A stretch of DNA of 64,000 nt from Azolla caroliniana. Its lineage: Eukaryota > Plantae > Polypodiophyta. Below, in pieces: positions 25,598 through 39,147 of this stretch; position 1 is the stretch's first letter, and each line of letters begins with the position of its first letter. Made by a program: the position numbers and the translations under genes. The stretch is taken from contig JBHGNT010000010.1 of NCBI GenBank assembly GCA_043228905.1, positions 3,720,001 through 3,784,000 on the forward strand, read 5' to 3'. The notes under the pieces are model-generated. The model saw nothing but the letters and a program-made list of their open reading frames with translations. It was not told the DNA's origin and searched no databases.

Positions 25598-26899
25598 TAT
25601 CTTCTTCTTCTTATTCTTCTTCTCTATTATTATTCTTCTTCCTCCTACTTTACACTTTAGCTCCCTTATGCTATCTCTCCTTTTAATAAGCTACATTAAT
25701 TCATAACTGAAAAATGGTCTTCCTTACTTTTAGACTATCCTTTGTTGAAATTACAAATATAGCCCAAACATTTGAGAGAGAAAACTTTGAACATTTGTTT
25801 CTCACTTTGTTTGCTCTAGTGAGCCACTTAACTCTAAGCCTAACCGTCAATGCTAAGATTCCACCAATTTCACCTTGTGAAGTGTGAGCTACACGACACC
25901 AACCCAAAGACTTAATATTAGGACTCAAGGTTTGGGTATTAAGGTAATATTAATTTAAGTAAATGGTGACAATGATAGTGCATCAAAGATTAAACATATT
26001 TAGAGAGGTTTAAGCTTTAACTCAAGCTTAATGTTGAGAAGAAAGTAAAAAGACTTCCAAAAATGTCTTTAATAGCATTTATGATGCCATGATGTGGGGT
26101 GGCCAAAGGTAGAAAATGAATTAAAGGGGGGCGCACCATTAGGGTTTTTGTTTCCTCTTCTTCTCCTCCTCCTCAATGTGCTTGAGGTTTTAGGGTTGTA
26201 TTTTCTCTCTTGTTCATCAATACTTAAGGTTCTTCTTTGTCTTCCTATTCTTGTTCTCAAGTGTACCTTGAGACCAATTCTCTAACGAGCATCATTACAT
26301 CGTTGGTGGCTTCAAAGAACGGGTTCAGCAAACTCACTCACCGGTCATGATTAACCAAATCTCCTTCTACTTTCTCTTACTCTTGTTCTATTTCTCGTTT
26401 CGAGGTCTATTTCTAATATTTATGGGAGTTTGCGAGAGGTCCCTCATGTGAAAGAAGCTTACATGGGAATGAAAGGATCCTCTTAGCGGCATCTCTAGTA
26501 AGAGATGAAGCTAGGAAATTGTTTGTCTAGTCCCTTAGCCTTCAAGGAACCCATTATGCTCAGATGCATACAAAGGCTTAATGGCCAGGGATACTACTTC
26601 AACTCAAGGGTCGTTGCCCTTGAATGTAGGCGAAGTCTTGGCGGCCCACTTGACTCGCACCTTCACCGAAAACTCAACCACCTCCCCAACTTTCATTTTT
26701 GTTTAAACCTAATGGTTATCTTGTAATCATTCATTATATCTCTTATCATTATCACCGTTATACTTAATCTTTACGAACATGAACATTTTGTAAACCCTAC
26801 TTTTATAAGAAGAATTCTTGTATAAACTACCATCTACTTCTTATTGCAAGACACTGCAACACCAACACAAAATAACGCAATTCGAGTACTCGCGTATAC

Positions 26900-28030
26900 A
26901 GGTCATAAATGGATTATAGATCCTGATCTGATCAAAGTATAACCCGATTGGCACATATGTACTCATGAAAACACATGGCTACGTAAGGTCAGTTGGGACC
27001 CTTTGCAATGGACATGGTGTGATCCTTACACGGGGCAAGGAAGCAAACCCATCCCTTTCTTCCAATTCACAACTAGATTGGGTCGCCACAACGTAGCTGC
27101 TCAAACCGCCCGAGAGCCAGCTACTGCAAAGGTCTGGCACACATTTCAAGTTCCTCACACAATTATTAGCAAGTTTTGGCAGAAAATCTGGAAATAACAA
27201 CACGTGAGGCGATTTATCACGTTCCAGTGGCTATTAATACATAAGTCACTACTGGTGGGAGCATGGAAACGTGGGAACCTTAGCTCTTCTAATTGTGTAG
27301 AGTGCCCAAATGTAGTAGAATCAATATGACACGCTTTGTGGGACTGCCCAGCGTCCCATCAAATATGGCGGGGGGTTGGCCACTTGTTGCAATTACGCCA
27401 AGTGCAAGGCTCAATCAAGTGGGGAAATATATGTTGGCTATCATGGCAGATCCCAGTTGGCAGATACGAGCATCAGGAGGAGGGCATGACTTTGGTGATA
27501 AAAGCACAAGAAGTTTTTTTCTCCACCAGCGGCAATGTCCACTCAACTCCTCTTAATGCCAAATCTCACTTGTTGCAATTACGCCAAGTGCAAGGCTCAA
27601 TCAAGTGGGGAAATATATGTTGGCTATCATGGCAGATCCCAGTTGGCAGATACGAGCATCAGGAGGAGGGCATGACTTTGGTGATAAAAGCACAAGAAGT
27701 TTTTTTCTCCACCAGCGGCAATGTCCACTCAACTCCTCTTAATGCCAAATCTCAAGTTGTGTTGGAATTGGTCAACCCAATAACTCTTTGGATTCTATGG
27801 AAACAAAAGTGTAGACGGGTCTTTTCCAACCAAACCTTGCATCCAACAAGGTTACTGCAAGAGATATGTAGTGAAATTGTAGCCACTCTGAAGAGCCAGT
27901 ATGATGGCCTCGAGGGCAGCTCTAATGGAGTTGAAAGACAACGAATAGCCTTCATCCAACAATGGTCATCCTCTCCATTTCTTGAGTCAATGGGCATCCA
28001 CATAAGATGAAACTATCACGTCTCTATAGG
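26900..28030 (+). mobile_element. Degenerate L1-like LINE fragment (zf-RVT region)
   Basis: KFWQKIWK...FQWLLIHKSL...C.EC...ES..HALWDC...ITLWILWKQKCRRVF. Boundaries approximate. Confidence 0.7.
27381..27752 (+). repeat. Perfect 186-bp tandem duplication
   Basis: 27381-27566 matches 27567-27752; the ORF track shows the same 62-aa peptide twice. Confidence 0.95.
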
Positions 28031-28846
28031 GATTTGTACATAATAGTCTCGTTTGAAAAAATTTATAACTAATTGAAGGAGTATTTTTTTGGAATATATA
28101 TATGAGGACATTTTAATCTTAATCACATGTATTTGTTTTAATCAAGTGTATTAAGCATAATACCATGTGCTAATCACTTTTAAGTGCATTTGTGTATTTA
28201 ATGTTTGAGTTCCCCTATGTTCCTCTCAACCTTCATGTCCTCCTTGGTCCAAGTGCCCCATGGTCCCACTCATGTAGCACATGCACACACGTTTATGTGA
28301 CATCGATACCTTTGAACCTTTTCACATTGTGCCACATCTCCTATTCTTATGTACTTCTTTATTACAGTTACACTTGTTCTTTCATTTTTACCAACATCTA
28401 GGCAAACACAAATGGTTAACATAATCCATAAATTCAAAAAGGAGTGCTTTAAACAATTTTTCATTACCACCTAAAACTGATATAAATGGCCCACATTCTC
28501 CTTCATTCTCGTGTTGCTACTTATGGAGCTTTTTGAAATCCAAGTGCATTTACTTAGCAATAAATGCTACAAAAGACATAAAATTGGGTTGCAATTTGCT
28601 CTTGGAATTTTTACAACTATGAGAGAAAGAGAGACCACTAAACAATGGATGAAGTTTTCACTTGGCAATGAGTATACAGGCATGCCAATTTTTTATTAAG
28701 ATTTTCAGTACACTATTCCTCCACCCAAAGAGTAGCATATCCAATATTTGAGGAATGCATTCAATGGTCATAATTCAGAGGAAACAAATAGGCAATAGTA
28801 GTTTATTTTATCACACATACATAGCACAATACTTCTTATGATGAAG

Positions 28847-31800
28847 TTATTGAGCCTTTTGCAAATCAAGAATTTTGCATTTCAAAGCGGTAGCTGCCTT
28901 GGAAGCATTAGCACGACCTAATTGCTCACAAATGTAATCTCCGGTATCAATGACCTTTGAGATGTCAACATTTGTTTTAACTCCAAGGCCATTTAGCATG
29001 TATAGAACATCCTCTGTCGCCACATTTCCGGTGGCTCCTTTTGCATATGGGCACCCACCGAGGCCGGCAACAGATGAATCTACAATATGTATACCCATCT
29101 AGACAAGGGGGAGAAGACGAAACAAGAAGACAAGAAAGGACAAAACAACGTTACAAAATAGTTTCTAGCAAGCAAATCATATATAAGAAACAAACTTTGA
29201 TTCACGCGGACAACTCCTCTGGTGTGAACACAAATCAACCAACCTGAAGTGCCAAAAGTATATTTGCCAATGCCTGGCCGTAAGTGTCATGGAAATGCAC
29301 CGCAATCTTTTCAATGGGTGCAACCTCCATTACCGCTTCTAACATGGGCAAGACACTCCCTGAAGTAAGGATAAATAATGAACATAGAGCTGAGACATAA
29401 AACAACAGTTTATAGAAATCAAATGGTTAGAAATATCCAAAGAGATCCAGGGGTTTATAACATACCAGGGGTTCCAGCACCAATTGTATCACCTAGGGAA
29501 ACTTCGTAACAGCCCATCTCCAATAATCTCTTTACAACAAATGCCACTTTTGATGGCGAGATCGGTCCTTCATCAGGACATGCAACAACACACGAAACAT
29601 ATCTATTCCAATCCAACAAAAAAGATAGCAAATTAAAGTTTTCCCAATCATGCCTTCATGGTATAAAGAAAAACTGAATTTGACTATTCATCAGCAGTCC
29701 ATATTATATCTATATGCTACTGTATGTAACATATTGAAGGGTTCTTTAAACATCAGCATCATTAGACCCTTGATCACTTTCAACTTTCAATTTGTTAGTC
29801 ATAAAAATCCCTTTTTAAGAAATCTAGGATAAGCCCAAAAACAAATAAATGCAAATGTGTACTCAAATGTCTGGTTCTGAGCATTCATATTGATATCAAC
29901 TTCAATAAGGACAAAGCATACATTCTCTAATGCAGTAGAAAGAACAGAGTTTACCCTCTAACTGGTAGAGAGAGCCTTTTTGCAGCAACCATCACATCCT
30001 CATATCTTCTCAAACTATCTTGGATACTGCAATTTATATTTTTCCTAGAGAAAGTTTCTGAGGCAGAGGCAAATATTGCAACTTCTTTTGCACCACAGGC
30101 AATGGCAGCTTCAAATCCCTGAAAGAAACCCATACAATCAAATGGTTCAATTCAGATTATATGCATTACTAATATTACCAGAAAGATGGATGCTCACCCT
30201 TAGGTTGGGTGTAAGCACAGGGAATTGAGCACCTTCAAGAAGCCTAACCATGTTCATGACTTCTTTGGCATCTGCAAGCTGTCGAAAAAAAGGCCAAATC
30301 ATTTAGTAATATTTGAATAATCTTTAAGCATAGTTAGTAAGGTTGCATAGTTTTTGAATTTTGGATAGGAAAAATATCATTATGCAATTTTAGCTACATA
30401 CCTGAGGAACCCATTTGGGTGAGACAAAACTTGTAGCTTCTATAACCATTAAACCTGCATCAGCTAGTCTTTTAATGAGCTCAACTTTTACGTGAGTCGG
30501 TACATGACCCTTCTCATTTTGTAAACCATCTCTTGCCCCAACCTCCACAATCTTAACAAACTTAGGTATACCTCTCATGATCTAACAGAAACAGAAGCAG
30601 AGAATGTCAACAATGTGGACATTATATTCAACACTATGGAAGAAGCAAATTGTGTTTCCTTGTATAAATCACCTTGTGAACATGCATTCTAGGTGTTTCG
30701 GGCCCATCAGTTTGAATACCCTGCTCCAACTGATTCCTTTTTCCTTGAGACAACATCCGTGGACTCAAAACAAAGGATGATTTCCACAATTGTTGCTTAC
30801 TATTCTCGATTCTGGTTTAGTAGAACCACAACAAGTCAGTTTCACTAACAAATATTGTTAATCATCTCAAACTATATTTTACATTAACGGATTCAAGTAT
30901 TATGTTGAATAACTTTCTTTATTAATTGCTGGAAATGTTAAATAAAAATTCTATAGAGTCTCACTCGATGAGAAACCTAATATGCAAAGTTATTTTCTAG
31001 ACTATGGTTAATGCTCTTCCATGTTGAAGCAAGGAATATTTCAAGAAAAACATGAAAAAAAAGCTTTAAGAAACAAAACAAACAAATTCAGATGCTTGAA
31101 TGTTTTACCAATATAGAACCCCATATCTGAAATATGGATGCATCATGAATCATGAACAGTTAAGTCTCAATTAGTCAAAATATTTCAAACTGGATATTTG
31201 GACATTTTTCACAATATTTCAGAATGGGTATTTGGACATATAAATACAAAAGAAAGATCTGCAAATGATGTCTGAAATTAAAAATCATGAAAAAAAGAGT
31301 AAAGGAATTTCGCACTAGGTATCCTCTGGTATCTTATGGCAATAACCTAATAAATATGAATAATTAATTACAACATGCAGGGTCAACTACCATATATACC
31401 CCCAATCTGAGGCTCACTCTCAGTGTGTGAACACATCACAGATGAGTATAGATGGCCAAGCTACAACCTACCAATCCTATGGAGGTAATCCATAGATTAG
31501 AGGGAGTGTAGTAATAATGAGTAACAATAATGTTGAAGCAAGTGCAAGAGAGTATGAGTCAGGTCATAATTTTTCATAATTCCACCAACATAGTTACATT
31601 ATGGTTATATTGTTTGATAATCCTAGATTCCATAGAGCTCACATACAAAGACCTAATATTTGTGTTCCTCAATGCCACTAATTATGCATGAACTTGCATC
31701 AACCCAAACTCTGAAGAATTCACCAGAAAAATACACAAAGATCATATGTACTTCCCGAAACCAGCTAGTTAGGCAAGAGAATAAGACATTCATCCATAAT

Positions 31801-32206
31801 GGAAAATAAAGTTTGAACATCTAACATATTCCTACTAATTGGTACAAAATTACACCCAGAAATTCTCCTCTCTATGAATCATGAGAATCTATTCATAAGA
31901 AAACAAAAGACAAAGGTGTGGAAAATATATGGCATACCCATCATCTAGACCTCCACATGAGCCCCCCGAATCTCGTTCAGCTATATAGGTAGTATTATCC
32001 TCCCTTTTAATATGGCTGTTTTGAGTGCACAAATCCGCCGGTTGCCAAGAAAATCTCCCATCCAATCTTTTTTCCCATGATTCACTGACACCATTGTTAA
32101 TCAAACTTGACTTATCGAAGTTCGAAGAGAAAGTGAAACTTCTTCTCCTCCTGCGTGGAGTTGTTGGCAGGCAATCAAATGCCATAGGTTCCTCTAAGCT
32201 CGACAT
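28847..32206 (-). CDS. HMGL: Hydroxymethylglutaryl-CoA lyase, about 445 aa (about 477 aa from the upstream ATG at 32302); exons 32206-31938, 30811-30673, 30581-30402, 30278-30198, 30118-29955, 29602-29466, 29359-29244, 29098-28847
   Basis: MSSLEEP N-terminal motif, [55 protein letters not shown]. All introns GT-AG and phase-consistent (1338 nt). Confidence 0.95.
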
Positions 32207-33107
32207 TCTTAGCCTTTGCACTAATTGAGGAACTTGCAAATCCTTTTTCTTTGGTATTAAGTTACGGTTGAAGCTCCTTTTGTAGACTTTCAGAACGAGC
32301 ATTCACAACTGAAAGGGCATCAAAACATCACAACCAGCATTAGTGATTGCTCTTAGGCATTTTGCAACATTTTTTTGAAGGAATTTACAATGCTGAATTG
32401 GCTGCAATTCCCAGTAGGAAAATAAATCTTCAAGTTTGTTCAGGTCACAGAACTTAAATAAATTTTTATTCTAAAATTAGTACAATGTTGGAACTGGTTA
32501 CAAATCCTCGCTACACAAGTGTCTTTCATTAACAACACAACAGTTTCAAGGAATTTCCAATCCTGAAAGTTACCACAATGATGACATTGGTTTGAGTTTT
32601 TGATACCTATTTTATTTCTTAAGTCTGTTTTTTCCACAAAATATTGAAATCTCATTCTCACTTAAGTTTCCTTTGTTCACGAATCCTGAGAGATTTCCTA
32701 CTCTACATAATCTAAAAACAGATGTGAGATGGGTCACTAAGCAAGGTTTCAAATCTTCATTCGAGTTTCTTGATGTTCCTAAATATGAATAACATGTTGG
32801 AATTATCGTGCTTCCTAAGCAGATCCTCTACTATAAGTGTCTGATTGGGTTGCCCCATTTTCATGATATTACCTCTAGCATCTTTTCTGCAACTGGCAAT
32901 TTTTGGTTTCTTTCTATGTCTGGGTACTTCTAATTCATGTGATCTCTCTCTCTCTCTCTCTCTCAACAAAACATCATGAGCATGGAGAAACAGAGTATCA
33001 CAAAGCTGAAAGAGATGAATGACGAGTCAAACAAGAACAAACAGGAAGTGGTGAAAGATGAAGAAGAAAATAAATAAATAAATAAATATATATATATATA
33101 TATATAC

Positions 33108-33234
33108 CTTTTTCTGGAAGTCTGGAGACTTGATCAACTGTGAAGCAGGAGGATATCAGAGAGAAGAAGAAACAGAATCAGTTACTTCATAAGTATATAT
33201 ACATATACATACATATATATATATATATACATAC

Positions 33235-33272
<38 letters not shown>

Positions 33273-33419
33273 AAGAAATGAAAACAGGGGAGGAATGAAT
33301 TGAAAGAGAGTGGGTGGGAGAGGAGAGAAAGAGGAGGAGAAGAGTATTTCTACTTTCTCTTCTTTTTCCATTCCATTCCTGAGAATAAAGTATGTAATTG
33401 AATGAATGTAATTGAATGA

Positions 33420-33454
<35 letters not shown>

Positions 33455-33460
33455 AGTTCC
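33108..33460 (-). promoter_or_regulatory. Probable 5'-UTR exon and promoter-proximal region of HMGL
   Basis: Donor AAAAG|GTATA near 33107 and acceptor CAG at 32309; CT-rich (CT)n leader and (CA)n tract typical of plant 5' UTRs. Confidence 0.45.
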
Positions 33461-36400
33461 TCTGTTTTGATTGAACAAGTCCTCCTCCAATGACCCCCTC
33501 CCAATCCCCACTCTGTTCACACCCACACCCACACACCTCTTCTCTTCCATGATCACACCTTCTCTTCAGGACATCTTTCCGCACATTTTACCAGTACCAG
33601 GCAGACACCGCATTCCGAGTAGTCACAGATTCGATCACTATAGCCTAGTCGACCGACCTGCCTCTGATGGGTCCATTCGGCTCATATATGTGTGAACACC
33701 CCCCAAAACCCTACTTGCATACACAGCTTCGCATTCTCCTGACATCGTGAGGCCATAGCCATGCCCTCATGTTCTATCAACGATTTGGGCTCCTCCATAT
33801 GCGCTTTTCTTATGAGCCTATACACACCACGGTGGAGAAGTTTAGTGTGCAACTTGCCCACAACATACATGTAGCGCTGGACATACAGTCATGGAAGTGG
33901 ACCGAGAATGGCTCCACGCCCCAGTACATCTGTAAGGGATATATACGAGATGGCTCGCTTTTCCGAGATCCTCATACATATATACGTATATGCACACGCA
34001 CCCGCACACGCATGCACACATTCATGATGTTCGTTGTGTTTTATATTAGTGCACACTTCCAACAAGTTGTTGTTGAATGTATGATTACAAACAATCATGA
34101 GTCTAAATGCAATGTTTGTGTATATGCATGAGAAAACATGTGTTTATGTGAGGACCATTAGCAAATTTGTAGCCTTGTCCCACCGAGGCTTAAACACCAT
34201 AGCAAGGGTAAATCATTAGTATTGTGGAAACGCTGACTTTGTTGCCCCTTATGGATTGTCTATTTCCTTAAATCTTTGTCATCTATTATGGACTTGTGAC
34301 CATACAATATTTTTCTTGCAAAAATTTAGCGATTTTATACATATAAAATTCCTTTCTCACCGGCTCAATAAGCTTATCTAGCTCTTTGGCTTTTTACCAT
34401 GTGCTATTGAGCCCTTTGATATGTTTTTATCATCACTCTAATTTTGACATCTTTGCACTATTTGCAACCAATTAGGACCCATTAAGAATGTTCCTCATTT
34501 GATTAGCTCGTGTTAGATGATATGGCACCATTTGTGTTAGGACATCCCTTTCGTGATGGTATATCTACAACTTCAAAAGCAAGGTGGAGAAGAAATGTTG
34601 AGTTGAATTCTACACCAAATGAAGCATATCTAAGAACTTCTAAATTTTTTCTATTTTGGTTATAAAAATAATTGACAAATTGTTTTCAAGGATATTTGAA
34701 TTTCACATCAACATTTATTTTGTGGCTATTGCATTTTTTATTCCCCTAGCTTCCATATTTATGTCACCTTCTTCGTGACTTACCGCATTATATTTGTTTG
34801 TTTTCCTCATTATCGTGGTCTTGAAACATAATGTTTGCCACAAAAATAATTCGTTGATATGATGTCAAAAAGATTAGATATTGTCATTTTCCTATGTAGG
34901 TGTGTATGAGATCTCTTTTTTTTAAATATTGATGAAATTAGAGTCATTGGTAGAGCACTAATATTATATGGCCTTAAGATTATAACTTATCTTTTCCGTG
35001 AACTCAATGCTAATGAACCAAAGTTAGACAACACATTCAAAGGCCAAGATAGTTGTTACCAATTTAAAAGGAAATCCTAAACTCTCGAATATCTCTTAGG
35101 GAAAAGGGTGTTAGTTTATCAAAGTGATATACTTTAATCAACATATCGTGGGTTTTATAAAAATAAAATCGACTTCTTTTCCTATGTACATATATGTTGT
35201 AAAAGAGAGAGCCTCCAAAAGTCCAAACCTTTATTGGTTAAAAAACAGTAATTATGAACGTAGAGATGCACCATCTTATTGCTACTTACAAAGTCCATAA
35301 ATCATATCAATTAATTCACATGATACATGCCTCAACAAGAAAAGCATGGATATCTTTAAATATCACAGTATTGTTTATGCAGGTAGACGAACTACTCATT
35401 TATTGTGCGGCCAACATAGACTAATAAAGTGCCTTGATGTTATGCTCAACCAACAAATAACTTCATGCGAAAAAAAGACTGGAGTAGTTGTACATGTGAA
35501 ATTGTATAAATATGCATATAATCAATATATACCTAAGTATATATATGTGGTAAAGTGTCATGATGTTATGCTCAACCAACTAATACCTTTTTGTTAGAAA
35601 ATGGCAAGAGTAATTATACACTTGACTATATATACATATAAATATATGCATGCATACGTACGATATCTTTAGACACTATATGTGTTCCTCTTTTGAACAT
35701 TGGGCCAATGAGTTTCTTTGGAAAACAAAATGTCCATGATGGTAAAAAACTAACATATCTTAAAAGGCATGTGCAATGTGAAAAGCACATAGAAGACAAA
35801 TGTGTGCTAAAGCCCAATGTGAAAATTTGGGCATTAAATCGATTATGGCATTTAAGCACAATGTGAAAATGCTTCTATAAATCAATGAACTATTGTTCAT
35901 TGATTCATATGCTACTTAATGATAATTTTGTGTATTAATAAGGATGGTGTGGTGGTAAATGTTAGATTATAAGGAAAACAAGAGTACACATTGATAAATG
36001 CCTCATATGAAGTAAAAATGGAGGAAGCAATGATCAATGTATATGACATAGATCGTTGAAGTCAGATTAAATTGTGGGTTGAGATAAATTAGGAGCTCTA
36101 ACTCATGTGTTGCTAAGTGAGTAAACATAGATATAACTCAAAAGGTGAAATTAGGGTTAATCCTACAATACACTCTAAGGTTTGTTTATATCCATCTAAC
36201 TCTTTTGCTTAAATGCCTAACTATTTTGCTTACAACCATTATTCAATTAGACCTGTTGATTAACCCATCTAACAATATTCAATGTACCTTCCTCCACTTC
36301 TTAATTTGCTCATATACTAGAACATTCATGAAGGGTTGTTAAGTACTAACCTAATGTTATTCTCCCGATGCCCCCTTATATGCATTGGCACTAAAACCTT

Positions 36401-37006
36401 GATGTAGAAGTTATGGAAAACGACTCTTGAACATGAGTTGGAAGATGTAAAGGTCCAAATAAGTGTGAGACAGCCTTATGGCAAGCAACTTTGGAAAAAA
36501 GGTATGAGAGTACTTTTATGACTCTTATCATTTTTCTCTTCATTCTACATAATTAAGACTTATATTTGAGATTTCTCTCTTTCTCACTCTTGTTTCAAGC
36601 TAACACATATAATAAAAAGTATTTCCTTCATTCCTATTGCCATATTAATATATTCTTTAAGTCATTAAAGAGAAAGTAAATATAATGTAGTTAAATTTAA
36701 ATATTAACATTGTGTATGAGTCTAAAGTTGATTCGTTTGTACCAACATAATAGCTTGAAGCTCAGAGGAGCTTGAAAGCCTTCTCTCCTCCTCTTTCCCA
36801 CAAGAGGATAGATAATGGAACAACTATCATGAGCACTAATTAGTGAGGAGCTGTATGATTAAAGGGAAGTTTACTATTTTAAAAGCTAGAAAGAAGTTTT
36901 AGACTATTGGCGCATACATTACAAAAAGGTAATAAAAAAAGGAGAAAGAGAGAAATGGAGGAGAATACTGAAGTTCGTGACTTACTTGCTCATGGATCAA
37001 GAAAAT

Positions 37007-37054
37007 TGTAAAGAATCAGTGACGATTCTGTGCAACGGAAGAACGGTGTGTGTG

Positions 37055-37090
<36 letters not shown>

Positions 37091-37345
37091 ATAAAACTGT
37101 ATTAACCGAAAAACCAAGAATGACCAACAACATACAAAGAGAAAGAGAAGGTGCTTATGTAGTCACCTTCTCTCTAAATTCTCTCACTAGTACATCTTCT
37201 TGGGAAAGAGGTCGTGTCTTAACTACTAAGGAATTAATTTCTATGACACACTAGTTACTATGTATACAAGGAGATGGGGTGTTCACACACTTGAGTATCC
37301 TAAAGTGTGTTCCCACACACGGGAAGTTGAGTTTGATTCTCAACA
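37007..37345 (-). mobile_element. Copia solo LTR, same family as the Copia-1 LTRs
   Basis: Minus strand TGTTGAGAATCAAACTC...GATTCTTTACA; flanks AAAAT / AAGAT (TSD with one mismatch). Confidence 0.85.
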
Positions 37346-39147
37346 AAGATGAATTATGTTAATTGCTCTCTAGGGTTAAAAAAACAAGAAAACATTAATG
37401 CTTCTCTAATATTAAATGTAAGGAAATAAAGAAAAAGTAAGGAAGAAAGAGTGATAGAAAAACTAACTATGATCCCCTAGTGAAGGTGAAAGATAGATCT
37501 GAGTACCCTATTGGTGTTCGATTCAAGTGAATACAAATACGAACACGGTGTGGTTCTTCACACACGATATTAAAACTAGAAAATAATTATTTAATATGAG
37601 CTTAATGGGTTGGTATGGAAAGATGGACGTCTTCAAGAGCTTCCAAACGCATTTTATGGCACATGAAACGGACAACTAAGTATTAAGTTATGTAAGTATA
37701 AAGTTTGAGAAGATTGAGAAAACAAAACTAGGAGATATCCCACATAAATAGGACAACAATGGATCCCACATTATATAAAGAAATCTAGAACCCATTACTT
37801 CATGTCTATCTGTGAAGCACAGAATGTTCAAGGTGACTTGAGCTATATAGTGTGGATAAATATGGCTTGGATTATTTTGGGTTTTTGGGTCGTGGCTAGA
37901 TTGGCCACGGTGCACAATCACGTGCACGTTTCAGACGGATGCGCGCGCGCAGGGGCGCGTGGACGTTTCGGATGGACTCACAGCTTGGTGGCTCAATCGC
38001 GGGTGCACAGCTCGGTAGGTCGGTTGGGACGCAAGTACGAATCATGCACGGGCTGAACTTTATGGTGGATCATGTGGCCGAATTATACGAATGGTCGCAT
38101 GCAACTACAAGTAAAAGGCATGCAACTAAAAATGGAAGCAACTAAAAGTTACAGAGGCCATGCAACTAAAAGTGGGCATGCAAAGTAACATTGGAGGTTA
38201 TGATCAATGAGGAACTCCATATATTCTCCACTTTTTTTTTTTACTCTAGTTTTGTTTTCTTCTCTTCTTCTCTTCTTCTCTCTCCCATTCTCCCATTCCT
38301 TTCTTCCAAGAATAATCTCTCATATTCATATCAGACCACTCCTTACATGGTTGTTGGCTCCTTTCTTTCAAGAATGATCTTTCATATTCATATCCAATCC
38401 GTTGTAACATGTTTCGAGAATTATAAAGAATCTATTTTCTTTTGCAAGAAACAAACGTTTTCTCCCACCTACTTGTCTTATGTTTAAATATTGCTTGTGT
38501 TGTATGGGTGAGCACTAATTCCTTCAAGTCCATAACCCCGACGGTTCCACCTCACGATCTGCTCATAGTGACGGATTTTCACGACATAATTAAGTGGTGA
38601 ACCCAACGTGAAAAGGCGGTAGGGAGGATATAAAGTGCGACGGCTTCGACAAGTGGAACTCAAGGAGAGGAATTAACGAAAGGCATGGTGTTTGTTGTGG
38701 AGTATATGTTGAAAATGAGAGATCGAGAGGCTTTAATCGACAAAGTTGTTGATCGAACAATCGAGATAGCTGGACGATTTGGTGGCAAGAACATCACGGA
38801 TTTCCTTGCTACCTATCGGAACGAGATGCACCAGAGGGATGTCAACGATCTCAAACAAATTTCTAGCTTCAAACGTGTGGTGGAACCAGGGATCTGCGAG
38901 CGCGTCATGGAGATCCAAAACAAGCACACAACTTGGGCGGATTTCGAAAAGGCGCTTCTCACTGAATACATCTTGAAGATGCGTCATGGATGACTCGACA
39001 TATGCTAATGATTTGGATCGAGAAGAAAGGGAAGAATTTGTGTGCGTCGGGAGTATATGCGAAATTTGACCAGAAGTAACTGACTTCCGAGTGCTGATCA
39101 ACGAGTTCTTGATGGAGATAAAGTCCTGTTATTCCTGAAGGCGGTGG

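Noticed and set aside
34100-37000. Possible gene in AT-rich intergenic DNA (also 12-14.6 kb)
   Set aside because: No convincing ORF, splice pattern or TE termini could be recognised.
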